NCBI GenBank assembly: GCA_964016885.1 | Contig: OZ024762.1 | Location: forward strand, 992,001-1,056,000 | Direction of reading: 5' to 3' | DNA length: 64,000 bases | From: Eledone cirrhosa | Lineage: Eukaryota | In this document: piece after piece, positions 14,232-26,500 of the stretch | Numbering within the stretch: the stretch's first letter is position 1 | Layout of the letters: each line of letters starts with the position of its first letter | The notes under the pieces: generated by a model | Database searches by the model: none | The model's input: only the letters and a program-made list of their open reading frames with translations | What the model was told of the DNA's origin: nothing | Made by a program: the position numbers and the translations under genes

Positions 14232-14849
14232 GCCTTATCTGTGGGACGGACGGACGGACACACACATTCACAACATACACACACATACACACAGCCCAGC
14301 AGCAGTCTACCCCAGTTATTACGGGTGGTTGGCTGCTAGCTTCTCTATAGGATGGTTGCCTCGCTCCTCCTCGGCTTCTACAATGGTAGCTGCTGAGATG
14401 GATGCAGCAGCCGACTCCACTCTCTCTCTATCACTTACTTACTCTCACTGTCTCTCCATCTCTATCTCATCCTTCCCTCTCTCACTATCTCTTACTCTCT
14501 CTCTCTTCCCTCTCTCGCTGTCTCTTACCCTCTCTCCATCTCAATCTCCTCCTTCCCTCTCTCTCTCCATCTCTATCCCCCTCTCCCAGTGTTACTGTAT
14601 ATTCAACTAGTGCTATACCATCACTCTCTCTCACTAACCCTCTCTATCTATATATCTATCTATCTATCTCTATATATAAATACACATATATATTAAATAT
14701 TTATATTCTACCAATATATTGAGTACCTTACTGTGGTTACCCCCGATTGAACCCGGGATAAACTTTATATATATATGAGAATAGCCGCCGAAAGGGCTTG
14801 CGCTCTGCCGTCGAGGTTAATTTTTTCCTATATATATATATACCTCTCT

Positions 14850-14917
<68 letters not shown>

Positions 14918-14925
14918 ACCTCTCT

Positions 14926-14987
<62 letters not shown>

Positions 14988-14995
14988 ACCTCTCT

Positions 14996-15033
<38 letters not shown>

Positions 15034-15041
15034 ACCTCTCT

Positions 15042-15086
<45 letters not shown>

Positions 15087-15250
15087 CCTCTGTCTATCTC
15101 AGCTGCTGTTGGTACTGCTTACATAAAAGCAATGGTAACTATTTGTGCCATGCTGCTGACAGTTGTGCTGCTGTCGTAGATGGTGTGGTGGTGGTGGTGG
15201 TTGTGGCTGTTTTATTGATGGGGCTGCTGTTGTCTGCTACCGAAGATCAT

Positions 15251-15690
15251 AGTGGTGGTAGTAGTAGTAGTAGTAGTAGCAGCAGCAGCAGTAGTAGTAG
15301 TAGTAATAGTAGTAGTAGCAGCAGCAGCAGTAGTAGTAGTAGTAGTAGCAGCAGTAGTGACGGTGGTAGTAGTGGTGGTAGTAGCAGTAGTGGCGGTGGT
15401 AGTAGTAGTGGTAGTAGTAGTAGTAGTAGTAGTAGAAGTAGTAGCAGTAGTGACGGTGGTAGTAATGGTGGTAGTGGTAGTAGTAGCAGTAGTGGCGGTG
15501 GTAGTAGTAGTGGCGGTGGTAGTAGTAGTAGTAGTAGTGGTGGTGGTGGTGGTAGTAGTAGCAGTAGTGGTAGCGGTGGTAGTAGTGGTGGTAGTAGTGG
15601 TAGTAGTAGTGGTGGTAGTAGCAGTAGTGGCGGTGGTAGCGGTAGTAGTAGTAGTGGTGGTAGTAGCAGTAGTGGTAGTAGTAGTGGTAT
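15251..15690. repeat. (AGT/GGT/AGC)n trinucleotide tract (similar tracts at 2637-2998 and 29993-30290)
   Basis: Direct reading. Confidence 0.95.
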
Positions 15691-16083
15691 AACTAAAGTG
15701 GGGGGTGGTTAAGAGTCTGTAGTACTTTACACTTCTCTCATTACTAAATTAGAATGTCAATGGGAGGGGGGTACAGACGTCTGGAAGTAGTAGTAGTAGT
15801 AACAACAGTAGTAGTAGTAACAGTAGTAGTATTGGTGCTAGTATTACTGGTATAATGCACAAGAAATCGCGGTGCTGTGTCCTTGGGCAAGACACTTTAC
15901 TTCACAGTTGCTCCAGTCAACCCAGTTGGCAAAAGGAACAACTTTTTTATGTAAATCAAAAGGATTCATGCTGAATCTTCCTGAGAACTACATTAAGAGT
16001 ACATGTATCTGTGGCATGCTCAGCACTTGTACGTTAATTTCATGAGCAGGCTGTTCGGTTGTTGAAACAACTGGAGCACTCAA

Positions 16084-16472
16084 TGTCAAAACCAACAGAT
16101 GTCCACTCCAGTCCACCAGACCTTCACTGTCAAAACCAACAGATGTCCACTCCAGTCCACCAGACCTTCACTGTCAAAAGCAACAGATGTCCACCAGACC
16201 TTCACTGTCAAAACCAACAGATGTCCACTCCAGTCACCAGACCTTCACCATCAAAACCAACAGATGACCACTCCAGTCCACCAGACCTTCACCGTCAAAA
16301 CCAACAGATGTCCACCAGACCCTCACCATCAAAACCAACAGATGTCCACTCCAGTCCACCAGACCTTCACCGTCAAAACCAACAGATGTCCACTCCAGTC
16401 CACCAGACCTTCACCGTCAAAACCAACAGATGTCCACTCCAGTCCACCAGACCTTCACCGTCAAAACCAACA
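16084..16472. repeat. 44-bp minisatellite, about 9-10 copies, some with internal deletions
   Basis: TGTCAAAACCAACAGATGTCCACTCCAGTCCACCAGACCTTCAC units. Confidence 0.95.
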
Positions 16473-17913
16473 ACAGTCCATTACATAACACTCCATTCGA
16501 CCAGTCAATCTTCCAATGTTGCAACCAACCTTTCTTTTATCTATTTTTCCCCATTTTTCAAACATCAATCTCTCTTCCTGCCACCATCCACAGCTTTCTC
16601 CCACCCCACCACTTCCATCTCTCTTCCACATGGAACCCATCACTACATTCTTTTCATCTTTTCTGAATTGCTAACTTAAGAAAAGGAAGGTAGCAAATTG
16701 GCAGAACTATTAAATAGAATGCTTTTACATTCCGGTCCTCTGAGGCTCTCTGAGTTCAAATCCCACCATGGTCAGTCTTGGCTTTCGTCTTTTCAAGGTC
16801 GATAGTAAAAACTACCTGTCTGATACTGGGGTTCACTCTTCCTCTGTATCTCTTCCTCATTTCTTCTCTATCACTCTCTTTCTCTCTCTCCTTTTCCGGA
16901 AGAAATCAGCTGTGTTCAGACTCGGAGTGAAGAGATACGTTCTGCCAAGTTTTATAAAACTTAACTGCTACTTTATTTTATCAAACCCAAAAGGATGAAA
17001 GACAAAGTTAACCCCAGCGGGATTTGAACTCAAAGTGTAAAGAAACTGACTGAATGTTACCAAATATTCTGTCTAGTACACTGCCAATTCTGCCAATCAA
17101 CCACCATGTTCTAAACAATAATAATGGTTTCTTATATAGGCACAAGGCCAGCAATTTTGAGGCAGAGCGGAAAGTTGATTAAATCAACCCCAGTGTGTTA
17201 CTGGTACTTATTTTATCGACCCCTGTAAGGATGAAAGGCAGAACTATAACCTCAGGAGGATTTGAACTCAGAACATAAAAAGACAAAACTATATGACGCA
17301 AAGCAGGTTGTCCGATGCTCTCCTGATTCTGTCAATCCACCGCCGTGTTCTAAATACTAGTATATGAATTAACAAACTCAGAGATGAGAGAGTCACTCCA
17401 GTTAGAGCTGCTACTTCTCCAAATTGAGAGATCACAGCTCTGATACTATGGACATGTGGTTAGAATGTCTCAGGAAAGAATTGCTGGACAGATTTTATGG
17501 GCAGGAGGCCCAATAGTAGACCCCGAGCAACATGGTTGGATAACATCCATGAGCTTGGCTGGTCTTGCTTGGAGATCCAACTGGATCAGTTGGAGACAGT
17601 TGCTTCTGACAGGACCCGCTGGAAGCAGTGTTTGAGGACTCTGTCCCCATACGAACCTCCCAGGAATAAGTGGGCGAAGATGAAAAAGATGAAGAAGAAC
17701 AACAAACCTTCTGAAGTTCTCATTAGATACTTAAATTCCTGAAAAACCATTGTATGGTTTCTCATACTGTTTCACAATTTTCGCTGTCTCTGGTTAGGGA
17801 TGAATCTGGGAAGACTTCATCATCTGGGAACAAAACAAATAAAATAATATTTACTAGCCGTAGTAAAAGCTGCCTCTGAAAAGTCTCTTCTGAACATCGT
17901 ATGACTAACATTA

Positions 17914-18100
17914 TGGTGGATTGGCAGTATCGGTAGAGGGTCGGACGCCATGCTTTCCAGCAGAGTTACGTCCCTTTACACTCTGAGTTCAAATCCCGCC
18001 GAGGTTAACTTTGCCTTTCATCCTTACGGGGGTCGATAAAATAAAGTACCAGTAATATACTGGGATAATTTCTGGCCTTGTGACAAAAGTAGAAACAATT
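17914..18100 (+). mobile_element. tRNA-derived SINE family 1, representative copy (MetaSINE-like central domain)
   Basis: B-box GAGTTCAAATCC, core TTTGCCTTTCATCCTTACGGGGTCGATAAAATAAAGTACCAG, tail GGCCTTGTGCCAAAAGTAGAAACAATT. Other copies near 1194-1386, 8585-8752, 17125-17345, 21918-22065, 35450-35880, 38709-38820, 39571-39780, 40950-41155, 42470-42685, 45170-45345, 46123-46265, 47139-47322, 51230-51435, 62200-62310. Confidence 0.85.
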
Positions 18101-18149
18101 ATTACCATCAGACTTCCGATTATCAAATAAAAAACATTGTAACACCAAC

Positions 18150-18712
18150 ACCATTACCATCAAAACACCCATTATCTTTGACCAAACATCGTCTAACCAA
18201 CATTATCACCATCAAAACACCCATTATCATTGATCAAACACCGTCCCCCAACACTATCACCATTAAAAGACCCATTATCATTGACCAAACATCGTCTAAC
18301 CAATACTGTCACCATCAAAAGACCCATTATCATTGACCAAACATCGTCTAACCAATACTGTCACCATCAAAACACCCATTATATTTGACCAAACATCGTC
18401 TAACCAATACTGTCACCATCAAAAGACCCATTATATTTGACCAAACATCGTCTAACCAATATTGTCACCATCAAAACACCCATTATATTTGACCAAACAT
18501 CGTCTAACCAATACTGTCACCATCAAAACACCCATTATATTTGACCAAACATCGTCTAACCAATATTGTCACCATCAAAACACCCATTATCTTTGACCAA
18601 ACATCGTCTAAACAATACTGTCACCATCAAATCACCCATTATCTTTGACCAAACACCGTCCCTCCAACACTAGACCTCCCATTATCATTGACCAAACATC
18701 GTTTGTCCAACA
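18150..18712. repeat. 52-bp minisatellite, about 10-11 copies
   Basis: CACCATCAAAACACCCATTATATTTGACCAAACATCGTCTAACCAATACTGT units. Confidence 0.95.
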
Positions 18713-19111
18713 CCATTCTAGCCATTAAATCTATTTCACGAGTTTCTCTCTCATATTAGTTGAAACAATTTCAAACAAATAGCAACATTATTTTCTCTTC
18801 TGTACAACAACCAACAACAAGCACCACAACATATTGCTAACACCAACGGACATTTACAATTCCAAAACACACACAAGACCTATAATAATAAATTGTTTTA
18901 CTTACTGTAAAGCTGAGCTTGTATCAAGTTTGTGTTGTTTAATACGTGTAAGTTGGTATCGATCGTTTCTCTGGCAAACTTTGTTTGGGACAGACATGAC
19001 GAAAATATTGCTAACAGATTTACAGCTTAAGTAGAATGGGAAAGACACGCTGTGTGTCTGTGTATATGTGCGTGTGTTTATGTATATATATGTGTGTGTG
19101 TGTGTTTATGT

Positions 19112-19165
<54 letters not shown>

Positions 19166-19320
19166 TTGTATGTATGTATATATATGTATATATGTGTGTT
19201 TATGTGTGTATATATATATATATATAAATGTTTATGTATATGTGTGTGTGTGTATATATATATAGATATTTGTTTATGTATATATATGTATTTATGTATA
19301 TGTGTGTGTGCAAGACACTG

Positions 19321-19362
<42 letters not shown>

Positions 19363-19522
19363 TTGCATTGCTTTATTGTACTACAATAAAACTCACCTCC
19401 TGCATATATATATATATATATATATACATATATGTTTATACACACACATATTTATACAGTGTATATATTTATAGTGGTAGCATCTGGTAAATATACATTT
19501 TCATACATACATGCATAGTTGT

Positions 19523-19571
<49 letters not shown>

Positions 19572-19952
19572 AGAGTGTATGTGTAATGTGTGTGTGCATG
19601 TATGAATGTGTATATGTAGTGTATGTATATGTATAGTATCTGTATGTGTGAATATGTATGTGGTGCAAAAAGCGGGAAGCCAAGAGATGAGGGAGCTACT
19701 CCATGATAAAATGTAGTGTGGTAAATGGAACAGTTAGAACCTCTACCGCGAGTCCTGCCATTTTCAACTTTTCTCAAACTAAATAAGTTCGAGAAAATAA
19801 ATTAAAACGGCAAAACTCACCGTGTATATATATTTATACACACATATATATATATATGCAGAGGTTATATTTAATTTGTTGGGATTCAACAAGCTTAAAC
19901 ATTTTTATAACTGATATAAAGCACTCAACAATTTAGTGGAGTAAATATACAT

Positions 19953-20242
19953 TATATTAACAAATGGAAACTATATTTATAAAACCATATTTATTTTATT
20001 ATACATATTTCAAGGGCCACCAAGGCAAATTATGGTGCGCTTTCATCAGATAAAATACAATACAGATTAGTTTTATAAATAAATATTGACATACCCTGAA
20101 AGAATGTCAATATTTATTTATAAAATTAATCTGTATTGTATTTTATCTGATGAAAGCGCACCATAATTTGCCTTGGTGGCCCTTGAAATATGTATAATAA
20201 AATAAATATGGTTTTATAAATATAGTTTCCATTTGTTAATAT

Positions 20243-20243
<1 letters not shown>
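19953..20243. repeat. Near-perfect palindrome with 140-bp arms and 11-nt loop; probable inverted terminus of a Penelope-like element
   Basis: Arms 19953-20092 and 20104-20243 show one mismatch by eye; followed by (TA)n. Confidence 0.9.
20139..20204 (+). ncRNA. Minimal type-I hammerhead ribozyme motif (mirror copy on the minus strand at about 19992-20057)
   Basis: Stem I TATTTTAT/ATAAAATA, core CTGATGA (20147-20153), stem II AAG...CACCA/TGGTG...CTT, GAAA (20185-20188), short stem III and AUA triplet (predicted cut after 20196). Confidence 0.62.
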
Positions 20244-20280
<37 letters not shown>

Positions 20281-20282
<2 letters not shown>

Positions 20283-20618
20283 GTACCCCCGTCATTCGAG
20301 GTCCCGGTTATTCACGGAATTTTCCTCGGAACCTAAATAATCGTCTGTGGAAACCATCGCATATTCGCGGAATCGTAAATATCTTCCGCGAATTTTTTAT
20401 TACTTTTTTTCATGGCAATATATATATTTTTCACGCTTTATTGTTATTAATAATTTAAGGCTAAATTATTAATAACAATATCCCGTATTTGCCGGCCTAT
20501 ATTTTATGTTATGTTTTGACGTTTATAGACATTGTTATGAACTACATCCAATATTCGCGGTTTTCACTCTTCGCGAGTGCTTTAGTAACGTAACCCCCGC
20601 GAATACCGGAGACAACTG
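20281..20618. mobile_element. Tigger/pogo-like MITE (partial copy at about 5519-5650)
   Basis: End CCCCCGCGAATACCGGAGACAACTG matches the reverse complement of CAGTTGTCCCCCGGTATTCACGGGGG at 5519; internal ATTCGCGG repeats. Confidence 0.65.
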
Positions 20619-20786
20619 TGTATCATTGCATTCACCGTGTTGGCTTAAGGACGATCCCCACTTAATACATTGAGTGAATTTATTCCACAAAAAAGGGCGC
20701 AGCTATAAGAGTTCTCTCCCTCGTTTCCTACCCCTGAACTTCTTTTTAAAGTATTTTTAGGTCTTGAAATTCACAGATGTATAAAT

Positions 20787-21224
20787 CAGCGGTTCCCAAC
20801 CTTTTTTTAATCATGGCCCACCTTGGAGCCAGAAGCATTTTTTACCCTGCTGTCTATTTTCATAATCTAAATATATCAAAATTATTTACCGTATTTCCCG
20901 GCGTCGAAAACTACTTTTTTTCCTAAAATAAGTCGCAAAAATCTACCATGTGTTTTGTAGGTTGCACTTTTCATTATTATTTTTTATTTTTGGTTGTCAA
21001 AATTAGAGTGCGTCCTCGAGGACGAAGCGTTTTCTGCGCTGGGAAATACGGTATATATATTTAATTTCATTAATTTAAGGACTAGAAGTCCAGAAAATCT
21101 CTATGGACCATTCAATAAGCTGTGGCCATTATATTAGCCCAGTAAAAATTATAAAATTTCTGTGGCTCACCTGAAATTTGCCATGGCCTATTTTAGCCAT
21201 GTGGCCAGAGATTGGGAAACACTG
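20787..21224. mobile_element. hAT (Charlie-like) MITE
   Basis: TIRs CAGCGGTTCCCAA / TTGGGAAACACTG; 8-bp TSD GTATAAAT / GTCTAAAT. Confidence 0.8.
20889..21051. mobile_element. Tc1/mariner-pogo-type MITE nested in the hAT MITE (second copy at 57233-57403)
   Basis: TA|CCGTATTTCCC ... GGGAAATACGG|TA. Confidence 0.8.
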
Positions 21225-23394
21225 GTCTAAATAACATTACAAATATTGAGGGAAATATGATAAAAAAAGAAAGAAAAATTGATACAAACAAAACCAAGCA
21301 AGTAATATAATGTTAACACTGTCTATATATATATATATACCAAGCAGTGTTTAACATTATATTACAGAGAGGGAAAAGGGGTAAAGAAGGGCTATAAATG
21401 CCATAAATGAGAAGATAAAGCAAGGATTATGAGGCCAGGAAATACGGAGGGGAGGGGAGATTGTGATTGACTCTAAACCTGGGCTGGGTTGGGGCGGTGT
21501 TTGAGCTAGACCCCTGGACAAAACTGCAAACGAATTTCCAGTCAGTGGTCAACACGTACAACGGCTACCCCAGGGGGTTCCTTCCTCAGACAAACTGCTG
21601 ATGATCAGATTTTAAATTTGTGAAGAGAGTCCCAGTTGCATGAAATCCACCCCCACCAAATCCATTAGCTAACATTCTGAATGTTTATATGTGCCCCACC
21701 CTCAGGGATTTTCGCTTCTACCCTTTGTTGCCAAAGATTGATACCATGTTAAAAATAGCTCCCATTATAATAATAATGAAAATTATTGAGTGCTCAGATG
21801 TATGTCATCATCATCATCGTTTAACGGCTATCTTCCACACTAGCATGGGTTTAGATGGGAGTTGTCCCACTTGAGGCAAGATTGGTCAGGTGACCATGCA
21901 TGTATAGTACATAAAATAATTGTTTCTACTTTTGGCACAAGGCCAGCAATTACCCCAGTGTATTACTGGTACTTTATTTTATCGACCCTGTAAGGATGAA
22001 AGGCAAAGTTAACCTCAGCGGGATTTGAACTCAGAACGTAAAGGGACGTAACTATGCTGCAAAGCAAAGGTAGAAATGTCAGGAAAGTGAACAGTGTACG
22101 AGTCATGATATACACACATGTATGTAATATATATATATATATATATTGTGTACAGTGCTCAGATGCACTACAACTCATCAAAGGTGCATGTACATTACAT
22201 AGAATAATGTAGAAATGTCAGGAAAGTGAACAGTGTATGAGACATGATATATACACAGACACATGCGTGTGTATGGACGGGGAATATCAAGTGTAGTGTT
22301 GGCATATTATTGGTGGTACTATACTCAACATTGAGTACTCTTAACTCTGTAGAAACTCAATAGTTTCACTGAGAGTAAGTTGATCTTCTTCAATAAATAT
22401 TTGGTGCCAAACAACTGGAGTTGGTCTCAAAAACATTTGATCTGGGACATGATATTGATACCTCTCTGTTAAAAGGCAGAATTATTTTTGTCACAAACTT
22501 ACTCTATGGACTGATGCCCTTGTATCTTGTTACATATATATATACACACATATATATTGTTATACTTGAGGAGGGTCATATTGTTATAATATTGCCAGAA
22601 ATAACAACAGAACACACTCACTGTTTGGTTTGGGTTGGTTTTCGCTTCTGTATCTTTTATATCTCCATAGTTAATTGACAAACGGTTAAAAAAGTTCGCT
22701 ATATAAATATCTTTGGCCCCATTCGGTCACAAATGTCATGAGGGGAAAAGCAGAAGGGAAGGGTGAGGGGTAAAAAAAGGGCAGATCTGGCTGTAGAGGA
22801 AAGGACTATAAATGTTATGAGAGGAAAAGGAGAGGATGGTGAAGAGAAGGGGAGATCTGGCTGTATATGAAAGGACTATAAATGTCATAAATTAGAAGAA
22901 AAGGAGGGAAAGAGCAAGGACTGTTAGACAATGAAAGAAAGGGGGAATGGAGTTTATTATTCCTTAGAAATATAATCACAAAAGTATTAAAGAATAGAAG
23001 TTACATTACCTGACAGGTAAGCTGGAATATTAAAATAGTCCGTATTTCCTTTCCAGAGTTTTATAGTTTAGTTTATAAGACAACTTTCTTTAAACATATT
23101 TTAGCTGAGTTTGTCATCAACGCATTACGTTTGCTTTCCTACACTTGTGTGGGTTGGATAGGTCATGTAGATAGGTTTACACATTAAATAACTATATAAC
23201 ACAACACACAACAGAAACCTCCATACTCACACACACAATGCAGAAACATCCACACACACAAGACAGACACCCACAGAAAAACCTCCACACACAGAAACCT
23301 CTACACATACACATCCACACACAACACAGCCACACACACAACACAAATGAAGAACTCAAGACCCGGTGCTATATTTAATATGTATTAATATTCT

Positions 23395-23512
23395 TTAATT
23401 TGCTTTCGATTTACTCTCTCTAAACCATCGGTCAATTTTGTCCTTCAATTCCACATTAGGTATCACCATGTCCATTGTGAGGGGTTTCCGGTTGAAAGGG
23501 TCTGATTGGTCA
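23395..23512 (-). CDS. UBE4A: UBE4A exon 18 (U-box, C-terminal part, stop)
   Basis: [39 protein letters not shown]. Confidence 0.95.
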
Positions 23513-26500
23513 CTGTAACAGAGAGAAAGAGAGACTGGTCAGTGTAAGAGAGAGAGAGAGAGTGGCAATATTATAAGACTGGTCAATGTAACAGAGAGAG
23601 AGAGAGAGAGAGAGATGTAGGGTTAGAACTCAGGACCTTGTGACTGGAGCAGAAGCTCCGTAGAGTAGTAACATGACTGAGATAGGAAGAAATACATTGT
23701 ATGTGTGTTGTGTACATTTTTCAAGAGTTAGACATACCAGTCCACACTGTGAGGTAGTTGTGATGGTGACATAACAAAAAACACCCAGTCTATAGTGTAA
23801 AGTGGTCGTTTCGGTACCAAGATAACCACATGAACGCATGTGGCTTTGTGGTTAGAGTGTTGGGCTTACAATTGGAAGGTTATGAGTTTGAATCCTGGAC
23901 CGAGCAGTGCGTTCTGTTCTTGAGCAAGACATTTTACTTCACGTTTCTCCAGTTTACTCAGCTGTAGAATTGAGTTGAGATGTCACTGGTGCCAAGCTGT
24001 ATTGGTCATTGCCTCTCCCTTGGACATCATATCATCATCATTTCATTTTACGTCCGCTTTTTCCCTGCTTGCAAGGGTGGGACGGGAACTGATTCTGGCT
24101 TGATTTCTACAGCTGGATGCCCTTCCTAACACCAACCTCATTTACAGTGAGTGCTGGGTGCTTTCTTTCCGTGGCACCTCCACGACCACTTTGCAGTGGA
24201 ATATGGACACCAGTCCCTATCATCTCATTTCTACAGCTGAGTAAACTGGAGCAATGTGAAATAAAGTGTCTTGCTCAAGGAAACAACACATCATACACTA
24301 TATATAGTGTGTATATATGAGTTGCAATGCCTCTTGTGCTAAGCTATATCACATATAGTGTGTGAATATATATATATATATATATAGTGTATACATATAT
24401 GAGTTGGGATGCCACTGGTACCAAGCTGTCGTGTGTGTGTGTGCGCATATATATCATCATCATCATCATCATCATCAACGTTTAACGTCCGTGTTCCACG
24501 CTTGCATGGGTTTGGACGGGGGTAGTCCCACTTGAGGCAAGAGTGATTGTCTTGCTCGCATAGGACTGTCTGGCAGGTTTTCTACAGTTGGATGCCCTTC
24601 CTAACACCAACCACATTTACAGTGTGGGTCTGGGAGGTTTTTACCGTGTTGCCTACACGGCCACATTACAGCGTGGACTGTGTGTTTTTTGTCGTGACAC
24701 CTACACGATCTCATTTGTTTCGGCCCGGATGGCGCGGCACCAACATAACTTTACATAGGACGGGGTGGTGTGGATGGGGTGGGGGTGGTGGTGGTGGGAC
24801 GGGGTGTATTTTGTTAGAGATGCCTACTGGCAAGGCGGGTCTTCTCTGTTACTGAGTACCGCCAAAGGTCTCGGTCCAGTGACATTGTCTTGGAGAGGTG
24901 TAAGTGTGTGAGGTCGGAGTTTATCAGCTCGTCCCAGGTTTTTCTAGGTCTGCCTATTCCGTGGCTACCGTCTATCTTTATTGCCCTGCACTTTATATAT
25001 ATATATATATGAGTTGTGATGTCACTGGTGCCAAGCTGTATCAGCCATTGTCTTTCCCCTGGACAACATCAGCGATGGAGAGAGGGGAGACTGGAATGCA
25101 TGGGTGACAGCTGGGGTTCCACATAATACACCTTGCCCAGGTTTGTGTCTCGGTGGAGTACTTTCTAGGAGCAAATCCCATGGTCATTATTGACCGAAGG
25201 GGACCTACACTGATATATACAGGGTGCGGCAAAATGATCTGACACATTTATTCTATTTCGCTTTTATTAAACGTACAAATGCGTCAGATCAGTTTGCCGC
25301 ACTCTGTATAAAAACACAAATGCTGTTATTACAGCTAATTCCACACCCTACAAAAAACAAAAAAATAATTTACCTTAAAAGATGTCGTGCAATAACAGTA
25401 CGATCCAGTGTTGTCTGTGAAGTTGGTAAAATGACTGGATCTTTCATTAAGGTCCCCATTATAGGGTCCAGAAACTCCTCAGGAGCTTCAGCTATCATTT
25501 CATCCTCTTCTTTCTGTTTCACTCCCAAATCCTTGATAATAAAATATAATATTTTAAAAATCAGATATTTCAGAGATATTTGAGAGATCACAGCTCTGAT
25601 ACTACAGACGTGTGGTTAGAATGTCTGAGGAAAGAATCACTGACAGGAGACCCAGGGGTAGACCCCGAGCAAGATGGCTGGATAACATCCATGAGCTTGG
25701 CTGATCTCACTTGGGGATCGAGCTGGATCAGTTGAAGACGGTTGTTTCTGACAGGACCCGCTGGAAGGAGTGTTTAGGGACTCTGTCCCCACAACTCTCT
25801 CAGGATTAAGTGGGAAAAGAAGATGTTGTATCGTGAAATGTGGGGAACATAATTAGGTATATTACTATATTGTGAAATGTAGCCGAAAGGATTACATATT
25901 GGGAATTAAATTATGAGCACTGGGTGAAAAAAGGGGACAGGAAATCCAAGTAGATGGCAGCAGCAGTAACGTAAAACCAAGGAAAACATGGGTGGAAGTG
26001 GTGAAAGCTGACACCAAATCCCTGAAGATCACACACAGAGGAGATGATAAAAGAAACTTACTTTAATTTTCTGATCTAATGCCTCAAAACTTTCAATGTT
26101 ATGTTGAGTCCATCCAATTTTCTGTAGAATATGTTTAGCTTTAATCAGTAAGTACTCGGAATAAGAACGGCCATCTGATAAAACAGCAAAGCAGAATTTC
26201 TCGTTTTCAGCAAGGTTCAGGTAAATTTTGCAAATATTTGAGACAATCTGCTGCGGTTTAAATTCGTATTCGTTCTTGTCTTTCACATTGAAATTCTTCT
26301 GTTTTGGACCAACCTGAAGAAAAAAAATATGAAAGCAAAGTATTTCCTTTATAATTTGATCATCTGGGAATATTGGCAACAGTGAAATGTGAGACATGTG
26401 GAAATATAAATGTGAAATGTGGTCTACAGACTTATATATAGGGATGTCACTATATTGTGAAATGTGGCCAAGAGAATTACATATAGGTATATCACTGTAT

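Noticed and set aside
14798-15712. 304-aa Ser/Gly-rich ORF
   Set aside because: Made of (TA)n and (AGT/GGT)n tracts; no convincing gene context
16059-16679. 206-aa repetitive ORF
   Set aside because: The 44-bp unit is not a multiple of 3; minisatellite read-through
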